A stretch of DNA of 61,783 nt, the filler included, from Sphacelaria rigidula (taxonomy: Eukaryota): the NCBI GenBank assembly GCA_964200075.2. It is 4 parts of 4 records of this genome, joined end to end, with 100 filler letters (N's around TTAATTAATTAA, not from the genome) between each part and the next. Parts side by side here need not be neighbours in the genome. Positions count along the whole stretch, not along the records: positions 15,474 to 30,845 come from CAXNAA020001777.1; positions 30,946 to 46,316 come from CAXNAA020001778.1; 2 more parts are not named here. One strand, given 5' to 3'. Positions 23,387 through 34,762 of this stretch are shown piece by piece; the stretch's first letter is position 1; the number at the start of each line of letters is the position of its first letter. Below the pieces are notes generated by a model. It worked only from the letters and a program-made list of their open reading frames with translations, made no database searches and was not told the DNA's origin. The translations under genes were made by a program, and so were the position numbers.

Positions 23387-26300
23387 TTCTCCCCGCCCCC
23401 ATCCTCCTAATCCCCGCAAGAGCCGGCTCCCCTCTGCACTGCGACAGCGCCANNNNNNNNNNGGCCCGGTTTCTTTGGGGGTCTGCTTGAGTGGTGTCAA
23501 CGCCCCTTCCCCCCCCCCCCCCCCCCCCCCTGTCCTTCCTACAATGAGGTGTCACAGCCTTTGCACTCAAGGCTCTGTAATGCGCGAGCGGACCGCGTGC
23601 TTTCTGAACAGCATTGGAGTTTGAACACCCCTAAAGTAGTAGTTTAGAGTTAGTTTTGGAGTCAGGGGCGCGGTCCTTGCAGGATCTGGCCCGAGCGATC
23701 TTGACAAACGTCGGTTCCGAGGTGTTTTGAACTCCGATGCGGTTCAAAAAGCACGCGGTCCGCTCATGCATTTCAGGCTCCATGAAAGACCCTACATTGT
23801 CGTTGTGGCAAAGGTTACGAGCTTCCACAACGCACTCACCTCGCTGATGTCAACCCACTGCCCTACAGAAAGCACGGGATAGATGCCGAAATATTGGGTA
23901 CTAGGTCGGTTCAGGTTCACCCTGTAGCCTGCCCCGAGCTCGGTGCCCGGCACGGTCACGAAGGAGCCACAGAGGATGCTATTACTCCTAAGACCTATGC
24001 CCATAGCAATTGGATCCTTTGAGGTGTCATTGCTCTCATGGATATCTGAAAAGTCATAGGGGTCCACGGAGAAGCGAAATGGCAGGGAAAGAGTGCACAT
24101 TTGAAAACAAGGAGGCTCAGCTGGCGAGGAGTTATCTTCCGCCGATTCAGATTGCGTGACTCAATCACAAGTGAGGCTACGTGAACAGTGTTACAAGGAG
24201 GCACGTAGGTCCATGAACGAGATAGTAAACATAGAGGCCGAACTGATAACGCACGTGCACAGTGTGTTCCTGGTATGTATGAGCCAAGGGTCAGGAACCA
24301 GAGCACTGTCATCTCGCCCCTTCATCACATGCCCTAGCTAACGCAAAGCACCCTCCGCCGACAAAACCGAACTCGGTTTGTTTCGCCACGATGCAAAATA
24401 TCTACGATAACGAATAAGCGACATTAACCCAAAAGATGTGGCCTGTAGGTACGTAGCTCAAAAGCGGATGGTCTTGTTTTTAACCTGTGCACGGAGAGCT
24501 TCTGCGATCTGTCATAGCCACATTTTTTGCGGGGCTATTGTCATGACAATAACAGCGGTTTCTTGCATTGAATATTCGTTTTTTGACCAGTGCATGGATG
24601 ATCACCTTATTATGTCGAGCATTTCTCAAGTTTGCTTTGTGTGATCAAAGAGTATGGAATGTATATTTGAATGGTTTAGAATGATGAACAAAACTACCGG
24701 GTTTGATTGCGCCCTCTACTCGTCGGCCTGTTACAACTTGGCCCCTGAGGCCCGATGGCGGACGTTTTCTGATTGAAACCTTGACGGTGTTGAAAACCAA
24801 ATCAATAATATGGTGTTGATACCTGAGAACACGGAAACAGAACCATCGCCAGGTATCCTGATCGTAGTGCGACGCGTTTTCATGACAATCTTGTGCACCC
24901 CATTGGATGTTGACGCTTGAGCTCATGCACGTCTAGGCCTTCTCGGTCATACGTGGATGAATACATTTGTATTTGTCACAGGAAAAAACATGGGTACAGG
25001 CGAGCAAGGACAATGAAAAAGCGGTGACCAACACCAACACAAACGAAAATGAATACTAGCATAGCAACTGGGATCCTCCTGCGATTCACTCCTGCCATCT
25101 GTCTGGTTGTCTAAAACACATGAAAAGATCGGCATCATACTCACATATTTCCAAGTGCGACAGAGTGAAATAGCCTGAAAAGTGGAAGTGCAGATCGCAA
25201 GTCCTAGATTCGCTCCGCTCACAAGACCATCTCGAGGCCACCACGGTGTTGTCATCCCCATCCTATGAACGTTCCAGCCGTATCGAGGCGCCGTAAATAG
25301 GGGGAAAGGGGTTTGATTGAATGCGGCATTTATACGATGCACCGTACCGAACATAACCTGACAATTAAAGCAACATCCCCATTTTACTTCGATTTTGCAT
25401 ATCAACTGTCACACTTCGACTGACCCTCCAGGGATCCTGCCGTGGCCATATGATAGGCATACCCGGGATACAAAATAAAACGGACACAATCGCTGAGAGT
25501 GATGCTACGGTAGGGGTGCATAAATATTCCCCGAGGTTAGAATCGTTAGGAGCCCTTTTTCGCATCCAGAACATGAATTTTGTATGTATGTGAGAGTACG
25601 CCAGGATGACTATTCCGATGTGCTACAGATATCCCGAGTGAGTTTGCGAACGGGGATGCCCTGAAACATATGTTTGTGTATCTAGAATCGTTAGGAGCCC
25701 CTGAACCAGACGAGATCTTGCGCAAAACGTGCACCCCTACCGCAGCATTGCTAAAAAACGTACTGAAGAAAACAGAAAGGTAGAGCATACAAAGGGAGTG
25801 GACTAAGAAAAGAAAAGACAGAAGAAGAGGAAAGGACAAAAAACAGAAAGAGGCAAGATGAGACACAAAAGTGGCCAGTCTGCGCAAGGAAAGAACAAAA
25901 CAAACACAAACACAAACACAAACACAAGAAAGAATAAAGAAATGGCCAACCTCTGGCATATGGCTTCCTCGGAGAAGGTCTTGCGCAGTAAGTACACCCA
26001 GATCCACTCAGATCTACTTCGCGAAACAACCGTCTTGGTCGAAAGTCACTCGATGATCAGTAAATCAATGGAAGGGTCTGCCTGACAAAGATATGACCAG
26101 ACGTTTGGTGGTGGAAGCTGCACGAGGTCGCTCGAGAGCAATGCTACGGTAGGGTTGCACTTTTTGCACAAAACCTTGTCTGGTTCAGAGGCTCCTACCG
26201 GTTCTAGATGCACAAGAATATAGATCAGGGCATCCCCGTTAGCAAATTTAGTCGGGATATTCCCAGCACATTGGAATGGTAGTCCTGGCGTACTCTCGCA

Positions 26301-28794
26301 TATTTTCATAAGTCGTGTTCTAACCTCAGAAAATATTTGTGCACCCCTACCGTAGCATCACTCTAGATAGTTTTCACCCTACCCCCTCTCGCTCCCTCCT
26401 TGGTCGACAAGGAGCATTCAGGTGAAAACTCATGGTTCGTAAGTAGTCCTGAGATGATAATATGGACTTGCATCGACTACCCTGTAAACCTTTGATTCTA
26501 GATATCTTGCATCAACGTTCATGTGCTACAGCACAGGTATCTAAGCTCCTTGTCGACGTCAATTGCTTTTGGCCTTAGACCCCGGGAGTGAGCGCAACCC
26601 GGGGTGAACCTGAGCCGAAACTATTACGTGCGCTTTGGTCCGAGTCGAGTAGAGTTGGGTTCACTTTTCTCGAAATCTCTTTCCCATCAGTTGCATTGTA
26701 AGTGAGCACACTGCCCCCGATTTTGACAGGACAACGGGTCATGGAAACCTTAAACGCGTCCGTGCACAGCCTTAAATTTCTCACGTGAGCAAGCCTAGGA
26801 TAGCAGCCAGCCTCTCCGCAGCCGGCATCGCCTCTCAAGTCCCAGAAGGTTGAAGTCGTCACCACGTTGGTGACAGTGTTAAGCCTCACTTTGTGTAATC
26901 GCGTACAACACACGGAAGGTGACAAAATGACGGCGATCAGATAAGAGTTGTCGGTGAGATTAATCAGCGCTTCCCCCGTCGAGCTCGTGCTGCTGAGTCT
27001 CGACAAGATGAGAACACGCACCGCAGTTCCGCTCTATACACCGATTCAGCACTTCCACGTCGGAACACTCCACGCCCCCTCTTCTCCCTCCCCGAGAAAC
27101 ATCACCTGACCTCATGTCCTCTGAGTCGACTAAGCTACGAGTGCCCGAAGAGCGTAAGAGTAATAGTGTTGAAAAAAAGCGTACACGGCTGCAGGCAAGT
27201 TCCGAGGCACCAACACTCCGTTTCATGAGGTAGCCACTGTGCAGTCAAATTCGTACCCGTTGATATCGTAGGAAGCCACGGGACCACCACGTTATCGGGA
27301 TCATCAACATCTAGGTAGATTTCCACCTGCACAGCACTCGGGCGTGAGCGAATATCGACATAAATTCAGGGCGCACGGCACAAGGGTCGCAGAAACGATC
27401 GGGAGCGCGGTCGCAGGTAGGATATGTAGTGCCAACTCGTCGCCAGGTTAAAACAAATTGGGCGGTCAATCGAGATGCAATATGAAAAGGTGATTTCTCG
27501 ACAGACACTTGTTGGAATTCGTCCCTTCTATGTGGCGGTTCCCACATTACCTCCCTGTTAATACGTCATACATACCACTGAGGTAAACAATCAGCGCTGA
27601 CTGTTTAGCTCAGTGGTATCTGTGACATCTCAACAAAAGCTAATCCCGGGGACCTTCAGGCTGTTGAGCCATCAGGCCCACTTTCACCCCAGGGTTGCCA
27701 CCCCTGTAATCAATGCAAGCTTATCTGTGCTTCTTTTTTCCAGGGTGAAGAACCCCCCCCCCCAATTCTCTTTATGAACCTCTGGTAGGTTTTGTTGGAG
27801 TAACCTGTTACACGCGCCAGCGGTTGCAATCTTCCCTTTCAATTCACATATCTTCTACGCGTGTTGGGTTACCCACCCAAGAAACGCCGCACAAGATTTT
27901 TCGTCAATTTTGAACTCTGCTTCAGAGGGTATCCACCATTTCTCTTGGCTCCCATCATTTTGGTGGGATCCGGGATTTGAACCCGGAACCTTCTGTTCGT
28001 CAAGCGTACGAGCTATCTCATGGTGTCGCCAATGTGAAATGTGATTCCTTGACAGCCGCGTGTTGTAATTTGTCCCTCCTCTGTGGTGGTTCCCACAGCA
28101 AGTCACAAACCGTGCGCCCAACACGCGCGAAACCCTTCCCCTCGAATGGTATCACCATCGAATATGCTCACACTCGAGGGTGATACACATTTGTATGCGA
28201 CATATGTATCTTGAAGCTGGGGGAAAGGATATCAAAGTTGAATAATGACGTTTCCGGGAATCATGCACAAAAAGACTGTTTGGTTGTATGGAATTTCACC
28301 ATGACCCGAATCGAGGTATACCGGACATCATACGTCAGCTAAGGATTCACGGAAGGGGCAAGACTTGGGGTGTGCTTCCAATTGTCACGGATATCAGTCG
28401 TGTGAATTTTCCCCTTGATAGTGTGTGCTTCTGGTGTGCGTTTGTTGACGTCAGCGGTGACTGCTCTTCTGCGGTTCTTCGGCAGTTCGGGTAGTCATGA
28501 ATATTATGTAACACATGCTTTTTGTCAATACTGGCCCGACGCGGCCACCCGCGTATCCCAACGATGCACCCTAATCACGATGGATCCGATTTCTGTTACA
28601 TGCCTCGTTAATACCGATCGTTTGATCGTTCGTCAGATCGAAGTCCAGAGTGATCGACCAGCTGGATGTGCCTGATGGCATGCTAACACGCTGCCCGGCA
28701 CCCAGAGCAGTCCCCGGCGAGGTCAGGTCCGACGTGGTGCCAAGGACGTTGAAAGGGATCGGCACCTGTACGGCATCGTCACTCTCGTGAAAAT
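17019..28794 (-). CDS. Partial gene, 7 exons (28794-28604, 27326-27257, 26888-26785, 25262-25145, 24045-23840, 18484-18418, 17095-17019): tandem F5/8 type C (discoidin/CBM32)-like domain protein
   Basis: All six junctions are phase-compatible (exon lengths 191, 70, 104, 118, 206, 67, 77). The spliced peptide contains WDLRGDAGCGEAGC..DGDD..SRWSC..C.LHF.F..LEI.IHE...W.DISEVKI. Exons 1/5, 2/6 and 3/7 are paralogous. The first donor is GC. Confidence 0.8.
17320..17996 (+). mobile_element. Possible decayed MULE/MuDR transposase fragment (intronic)
   Basis: Broken frames give RWLCWHFER..NL, ARPQDI..AVAEWF and RIVN....CSC (SWIM-like), in the order expected for MULE transposases. Motif inference only. 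Confidence 0.35.
18706..18885. repeat. Dispersed repeat with a telomere-like CCCTAA core, copy 1
   Basis: tatccttacccctaaccctaaccccaaccc...ccctcgggcaagggcgg, aligning with 20008-20170 and inverted 57545-57640. Confidence 0.8.
20008..20170. repeat. Dispersed repeat with CCCTAA core, copy 2
   Basis: Direct homology to 18706-18885. Confidence 0.8.
21632..22797. mobile_element. Foldback-like non-autonomous element, ~470-500-bp TIRs, TGT...ACA termini, 4-bp TSD CCAC (Ginger/TDD-like)
   Basis: 21632-22100 is the diverged reverse complement of 22288-22797. ccac at 21628-21631 and 22798-22801. Confidence 0.85.
23341..23530. repeat. Poly-C tracts around an 11-N internal gap
   Basis: C runs at ~23341-23386 and ~23509-23530; N at 23452-23462. 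Confidence 0.9.
23576..23775. mobile_element. 200-bp MITE of the same TGT... family, ~55-bp TIRs, 5-bp TSD GGCTC
   Basis: ggctc|tgtaatgcgcgagcggaccgcgtgc ... gcacgcggtccgctcatgcatttca|ggctc. Confidence 0.85.
25495..25752. mobile_element. GCTACGGTAGGGGTGCA MITE, copy B (opposite orientation to A and C)
   Basis: gatgctacggtaggggtgca ... gtgcacccctaccgcagcatt. Confidence 0.85.
26134..26365. mobile_element. GCTACGGTAGGGGTGCA MITE, copy C
   Basis: agagcaatgctacggtagggttgcac ... gtgcacccctaccgtagcatcactct. Confidence 0.85.
27961..28030 (-). pseudogene. tRNA-like relic (intact T arm and CCA-like end); probably the head of a second SINE family
   Basis: Minus strand reads ggttCCGGGttcaaatCCCGGatcccacca. 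There is no matching acceptor-stem 5' half. Confidence 0.45.
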
Positions 28795-29529
28795 CTGACG
28801 ATACGAAGGAAGACAGGCGGACGGACAGAGGGCATATGTGATGAAGCTCAATGGTGTTGCAAGATATGACGATGTGCGGGTCTGCTCGTAGACCCTGGGT
28901 TTCGTGACGCTTTGACACCGCGATTGTTATTGCCAATAGTTAGGATTATTCCGGCGTGGTCAGATGCCACCTCCGATCAGTTGCTGGCTTTGCCTTGGTC
29001 ACTGACCTAGCTCTGTTACTCTGGCGCCATCACTACGCTGTGCTCCTATGGCTGCGCCCCGGCTGTACTGAGTTAGAGAGCTGCTTGTAGATATAATATG
29101 ATGCTTATCAAAGATGTGAGTCTCCAACCAGCAGTATACATAAGAACTGCTGTGTATTGTGCACGTGATGGAATAGCCAAGTCTGAGTGATGTTGCCCTC
29201 GTCGGGAGCTTGGTGGGCTGGCACCATGGTATTCCCAGGAACTCATACTGAGAGACCCAGCCAATGCATTAGCTACACCATCAATATGACACATATGCTT
29301 TGTGGTTTCGAAACCACGAGGACTATCATATTTCTCACTAGGTCGGGGTATGGGCGCTACCTAGCGCGGCACAGAATAATATTTGGTTCGACCTCAGCAG
29401 CGTGATTTCGGCGCGACGCCGAAGCTACGCTGGGGGTAAGGACACCGTTCGGCGTAGACGCGTGACACATACAGTACATATCACCGACCTTCCATGCGCG
29501 GGGAAGGAGTACCGGCGGGTGGAGACAGT

Positions 29530-29903
29530 GTGTGTTGTGTGTGTGTGTGTGTGTGTTGTCGTCCCATCTATTTTGGGCGCCGGTCTACACCTTTCGGTAT
29601 ATGTGGGCGCACCAGCCGGGATCACACAGGAGGAAGATCAACCCAGGAGCTTTTTCTTCTTTGTTTGTTTTTAGTACCCCACCTTCCTTCTGCGACGCTT
29701 GCCTTTTATTTTTTTATCACGAGAGGGGTTCAGCAGCCCCTTTTCTTCGTCGACCGCTTAGTCGAATCTTGTGTACCCACGACATAGTCGCTCTCCACCT
29801 TTGGGCATGGTGTGAGGAAAATCCCAGATCGCTCCGAGAATTGAACCCACGACCCAACCGTCAGAAGGTTTTGAGGTTACCAACTGAGCCACCGGGGCGA
29901 CCG
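29530..29903 (-). mobile_element. tRNA-derived SINE, copy 2, with (CA)n tail
   Basis: Colinear with 2386-2741; (TG)n run at the 3' end on the plus strand. Confidence 0.88.
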
Positions 29904-30845
29904 ACTCGAGTGTGGTGTGGTGCTATCTCCACCGAGACTCGCGAAATATGCACAGGCGATGTACGGCCCACTTAGCTTCCTTAGACGAAAGAGAAAAATG
30001 AGATAACCGAAGGAGGTGCCTGTTTATCAAAACTAGAAGAAGAACGGACTATCCGTTTGCAAGCGGGGGTCTGTAGGAAAGTGCGACAGGCAGAGTCGTG
30101 GCTTCTCTCTATTTTATGAAAAAAAGATGAGTGCTAGCTGGAATGATCTCGTCCACCGCGATACTACCATCCATTCATCCAGTGATAACTAAAATATGCT
30201 CTCCTACTATATTCCAAATTTTGTCGCTTGCACTTAAGCCTCATGGTTGAAAAAGGCTCGATTTTGTGTTAGGGAAGAATCGATGTTTTGTGCAAAAGCG
30301 GGAAGAATTTTCCCAGATGTTTATAGTGGTTGCAGTATCTAGAAGCCATTTCAGAACACATTGACATGAAAGATTACCTGTGTGATGAACCCAGTGAGTC
30401 AGTTCAGTGTTGGAGAAGCAGTAAGGCACAAGGACAGGTGCATCCACGATGAAGTGACAATAATGGTGTCTGGGTTGAAGTCGAGGTTTATGAGATCCGG
30501 GAGACGGGTGTGGTTCGACCATCAGTTGGTGACAGCATCGCGAATCGATGTTGTCAGCACTTTGCTACTTCATCTCAGCCCCCTACCGACACGAACACAG
30601 TGTAACAGTGCAGGCGGACACAGCTCAACACTATTGTTTCGAGCACTCTTCCCCTGAGATTCCTACGCCATCTTTGAGGTCACCGACTCTGGGCTGAATT
30701 GAACGACTTTTGGACAACGTGGGCAGCCGCGTCGATCGGACCGGGCCTAAACTGGACGATACCAATGCAGGTGTAGAAAGCTTGGCGATGCAGTGATGCA
30801 GCTCGCAAACATTGCGGCAGTTCGTCTGGTGAAGGACGTGTTGAA

Positions 30846-30945
30846 NNNNNNNNNNNNNNNNNNNNNNNNNNNNNNNNNNNNNNNNNNNNTTAATTAATTA
30901 ANNNNNNNNNNNNNNNNNNNNNNNNNNNNNNNNNNNNNNNNNNNN
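30846..30945. other. Artificial contig linker
   Basis: 44 N + TTAATTAATTAA + 44 N. Confidence 0.98.
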
Positions 30946-30952
30946 GTGTTGG

Positions 30953-30998
<46 letters not shown>

Positions 30999-31196
30999 GG
31001 GGGGGGGGGGGGGGGGTTTCACGGCTACTTGTCCACGAGATTGTTGGTTCCCACAAGGTTACTCTACGGCACTACCGCCGCACATACAAATCGACATACA
31101 AGGGGTCTCACCAGGATGATTTAAGCTGAAAGGTTCCCCGAGAACCTGTACTGTAATTGCGGGGGTCCTTAGCTGTGTTTCACCGTAGTTACGTAC

Positions 31197-31966
31197 CTCT
31201 TTGACGATGAAGTCCGAGTAGCGCTGCTTGAGGATGCCAGAGAAGCCATCAGTGCTCTTGCTCACAAACTGAGTGATGCCTACCGTTTTTTCAGTGGCAC
31301 TGGTACCTGGCATGCGCACAGGCACAGGATGTCAAGACAAGGGGGTGACTGAGGGACACGTGTATTGAGGCATGCACGGGTACAAACTACACAGCATGCA
31401 TAAAACTGTGTCTAGTACGCCTGCGCCGCGACCCCTCTGTCTGAAGCAATGTTGTGGCCACAAGGTGTTGATGGTGACCAATATTCACGTCCAGCTTTTA
31501 ACGGCACTGTGTCGTACAGTCATCTTGTAGGTGCTCGACAAGACGATTAACGTGCTCAAAACTATCCAGCGAGCATCAAATGACTTCTGACTCTGATCCC
31601 TTGGGATGACAGCTACCTTTCCTTCAAAAACAACCTACGGCCGAAACAACGGACTGCGGAAAATGGCACAAACAGAACACACAGCGGTCTAGATCAAACA
31701 CTGATAACCATACCAGCCTCACCCATAAGGCTCAACGCCTCTGGCGTCGGCTCAGCAGCCTTCCGATCACTGTAGTCGTTCCCACCGCCAAACCGCCCCC
31801 GCCCACCCCTCCCCCCTCCTCCTCTCCAGTGCCCCCCTCCCCTCCCCCTTCCACGACCACCTCCCCTGCTCCCCCCTCTCCTCCCCCCGCCCCGAAAGCC
31901 TCTTCCCCCGCGGCCACGACCACGATGGCCACCCCTCCCTCCTCCTCCAGATCCACGCCCATCCAT
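31197..31966 (-). CDS. PUS7: Pseudouridine synthase 7 (TruD family), first two exons (31966-31723, 31306-31197); remainder lies beyond the contig start
   Basis: [28 protein letters not shown] is the PUS7/TruD N-terminal motif. Phase-1 junction G|gtgagg...ccag|GT. Exon 1 encodes an RGG-rich tail. Confidence 0.88.
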
Positions 31967-32899
31967 CACACGAATAATTCCGCTGAGTAGCTACTTGTGT
32001 ACAGTGAGACTTTGACACCGTGATGGGAAGACAGATGAGATGAGGTCAACCGGGGGGTGAGGGGATGGGGACGGGGTCAGCGGAGTGTGGCTTAATAATG
32101 CAGGAAGGAGTATTATCATTAGTAGTGCAAGAACCAAAACTCCGGGCACTGGGCCCACAGATAGGGGCAAGATTTATGAGTTGCAAAGTTTCTCGGCCAA
32201 TCAGAGTCTTCAAATACACCAAAATGCGGCGACCTTTCTTCAATTAGATGAGAGATATGGGTAGCAGATAAGTCAAAAAGCAGGTTTGATTGGTCCATAC
32301 ATTGCCCGGCTGCGACACAGACAGCTGCTACCGACAATGAACGAGGCTAGAGCAGCTCCGTGCTGGCTCAGTTTTTTTGTCCCAACCTGCACGCACCCGT
32401 CTGGCGTGTCTTCCCCAACCACAGCACCCGACTATAATTCAAGTATCAGTGAAGACTCAACGGACAGCTGTACAGCCGTCACGTGACGATTGTTTCAACT
32501 TTTCTTCGTTCCGACAGCACCTTGATCCCACCCCAATTCTGTGCAGCCCGAAACACGGCATGCAGCAGTACAACTGCTCAGGCACTCTCCAATGCACATC
32601 GCACCGTGATCGTCGTAGAGTGTTCAGATGCCCAACAGCACAGCGAGAACTACAACATAGAAATGATGGGTATGGGGAGCGCCTTATTCCTTTGACTCGA
32701 GACGAAACAGCCAACACACCATGAACATTTCAACGGTGTGTAGAGAGCACTGCGTGCCGACAACACTATTTTTCATAGAGACGAACGGAATTGCGGTATA
32801 AAGCAACTCAGGCACTCCCAGCGGAGATCAAACCACAAAGGTCTGAAGACGCCACAGCGCAGCGACACCTACAACACACAAGACAGAGCATGAGTATGT

Positions 32900-34762
32900 T
32901 TGTGCTGCGGCACAGTGGTACAGGACATGTCCCATTCGATAGTTCTTTCCCTGATTTCAGATAGATCCTTGATTTTTCCCTAGTGGTGATTTCAAACGCT
33001 CGGCCATAATCGCGCTTCACGCGATTTTTCTTCATTTCACTTGGAGTTGCCCCTATCTGTGGGAGGTTAGCAAACTCCTCAACTTTTCATGTATATGGTA
33101 CTCCCGCTGCGATTTACTCAGAGGAAAACATTCTCGAATTTCTGAGCGACAAAAGAAACGTCGTTTCAGAGAAAAGGAGAGACTTGGGGAAGACAAAGTG
33201 GAGCGGCCTGCTCACAGCAACGATATGCGTGCACAAGGCATTGAACGGTGGTCAGGACCATCTTCGACGCGTACTTGGTACTGCACAAGGCTGGGCAAGA
33301 TGACAAAAACGTAAATGAAAAAATTCGGACGCCGTGTGGCAACGAAGATTGCCTTGATTGCTGAGCGCGGCCCCCGAAGGGAACATTGCATAGGGGAGTG
33401 AAAGGGGTAAACTGCGGCAGGCGGCAAGCTCGCGGTTGTGCTCAGCTGTCGATCCAACTCTCCTCTCCTCTTCACACAACGCCCGTCCATTTTCGGTGTC
33501 GCCGTTTGGAAGAGAGCGCATCTTCACTCAAAGCACTCCGTTTTGGGGGTGCTTACTAGACGTGACACGCGGAGGCTGTCAGCAGTGCTGGATGCGCACG
33601 CCATTGGGAATCACACCGACCACGTTGCTTACGAAACGCCGATCTCGTCTCACAGTCAAGTGGGAGGATGGGGATGCAGCCACGGGAGATGGCGTCATTG
33701 TGAACTGCGCTTCGATCTTGTATCGAGCTTGGACCGAGGGTACCCGTCGACGGTAATGGACGAGTATTTGGATGCCTCTGCACCATACTTCGAGGTTGTA
33801 ATCGTCTCGAAATTCGAGGCCTTGATTTAAGTTGGACACCACGTCAGACCACGTTTGGTTCAATAGTCGTATTTTGGATTGACATGGTAGCGTCTTACGA
33901 CGAAATTGCATATATAAAAAATGTGAAGATAACTTTTGCGTTTGTGACATGTTCGGGTACACAAGTGCGCCCGTTGCAAAATCTCTGACGGGATTACTCC
34001 AACGCCGTAAAAAAAAGCAGTGTGACAGGATTTAGACAATCTTATAGCGTGACGACAAAGCCATCTTCGTCGTAGTTCGTGTGAGTGACAACGCTTACGA
34101 TTGGCTCGCGCCGGAACGAACAGAGCAGCAGCATAGAAACGGAGAAACAAGCACACAAGCAGACAGCGAGTGGTATACTGCCGCCGCAGGGGGTCAATGT
34201 CATGCTCGTGTATCGGTATATTCCCATTTCGGTAGGACTCGTTGCATCTTTCCGTGGCCGCGAGCCCTGGCGGCCGCCATGCTGCCGAGGGTAATTAGGA
34301 CTCTGGCGGTGGAGTATATCCGCGTTGTGCTGTGCGTTTCTCTTTCCATTGGTTTCTGGCCCAGCCGGTCGAGCGTTGTATGCTGGCGCTGGTTGTGTGT
34401 TTTTACCCAGTCACGTTTAGTATGACGCAAATGATTGGTCTAGGTCGCGCCTTGTTCGTTTCGCGCAAGACAAAACAGCTATCACACCATGAAGTTTCCA
34501 ACCGTCGATGTGTAGACAGCGCTACGTCCCGACTGACATTATCTTCTACAGAGACGAAGACCACGACAATACAGCAGCTCAGGCAATCCCAGCGGAGACC
34601 AAAACGTCTTCGCACGGTCTCACCGAACCACAGCACAATGGAAGAGGACATGTCCCATGTTGTAGTTCTTCGCCTGGTTTTAAACGCGTCCTAAATACTG
34701 ATCGAGTGCCGATCTTGAACGCTCGGCCATAATCGCGCTTCGCGCTAATAATTTATTTCACT
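32900..34762. repeat. Pair of diverged ~140-bp direct repeats (32900-33040 and 34625-34762)
   Basis: Both share aggacatgtcccat...aacgctcggccataatcgcgcttc...atttcact. Confidence 0.6.

Noticed and set aside
23183..23624. Poly-Pro/poly-Gly protein ORFs
   Set aside because: Translations of poly-C tracts around an assembly gap inside an intron
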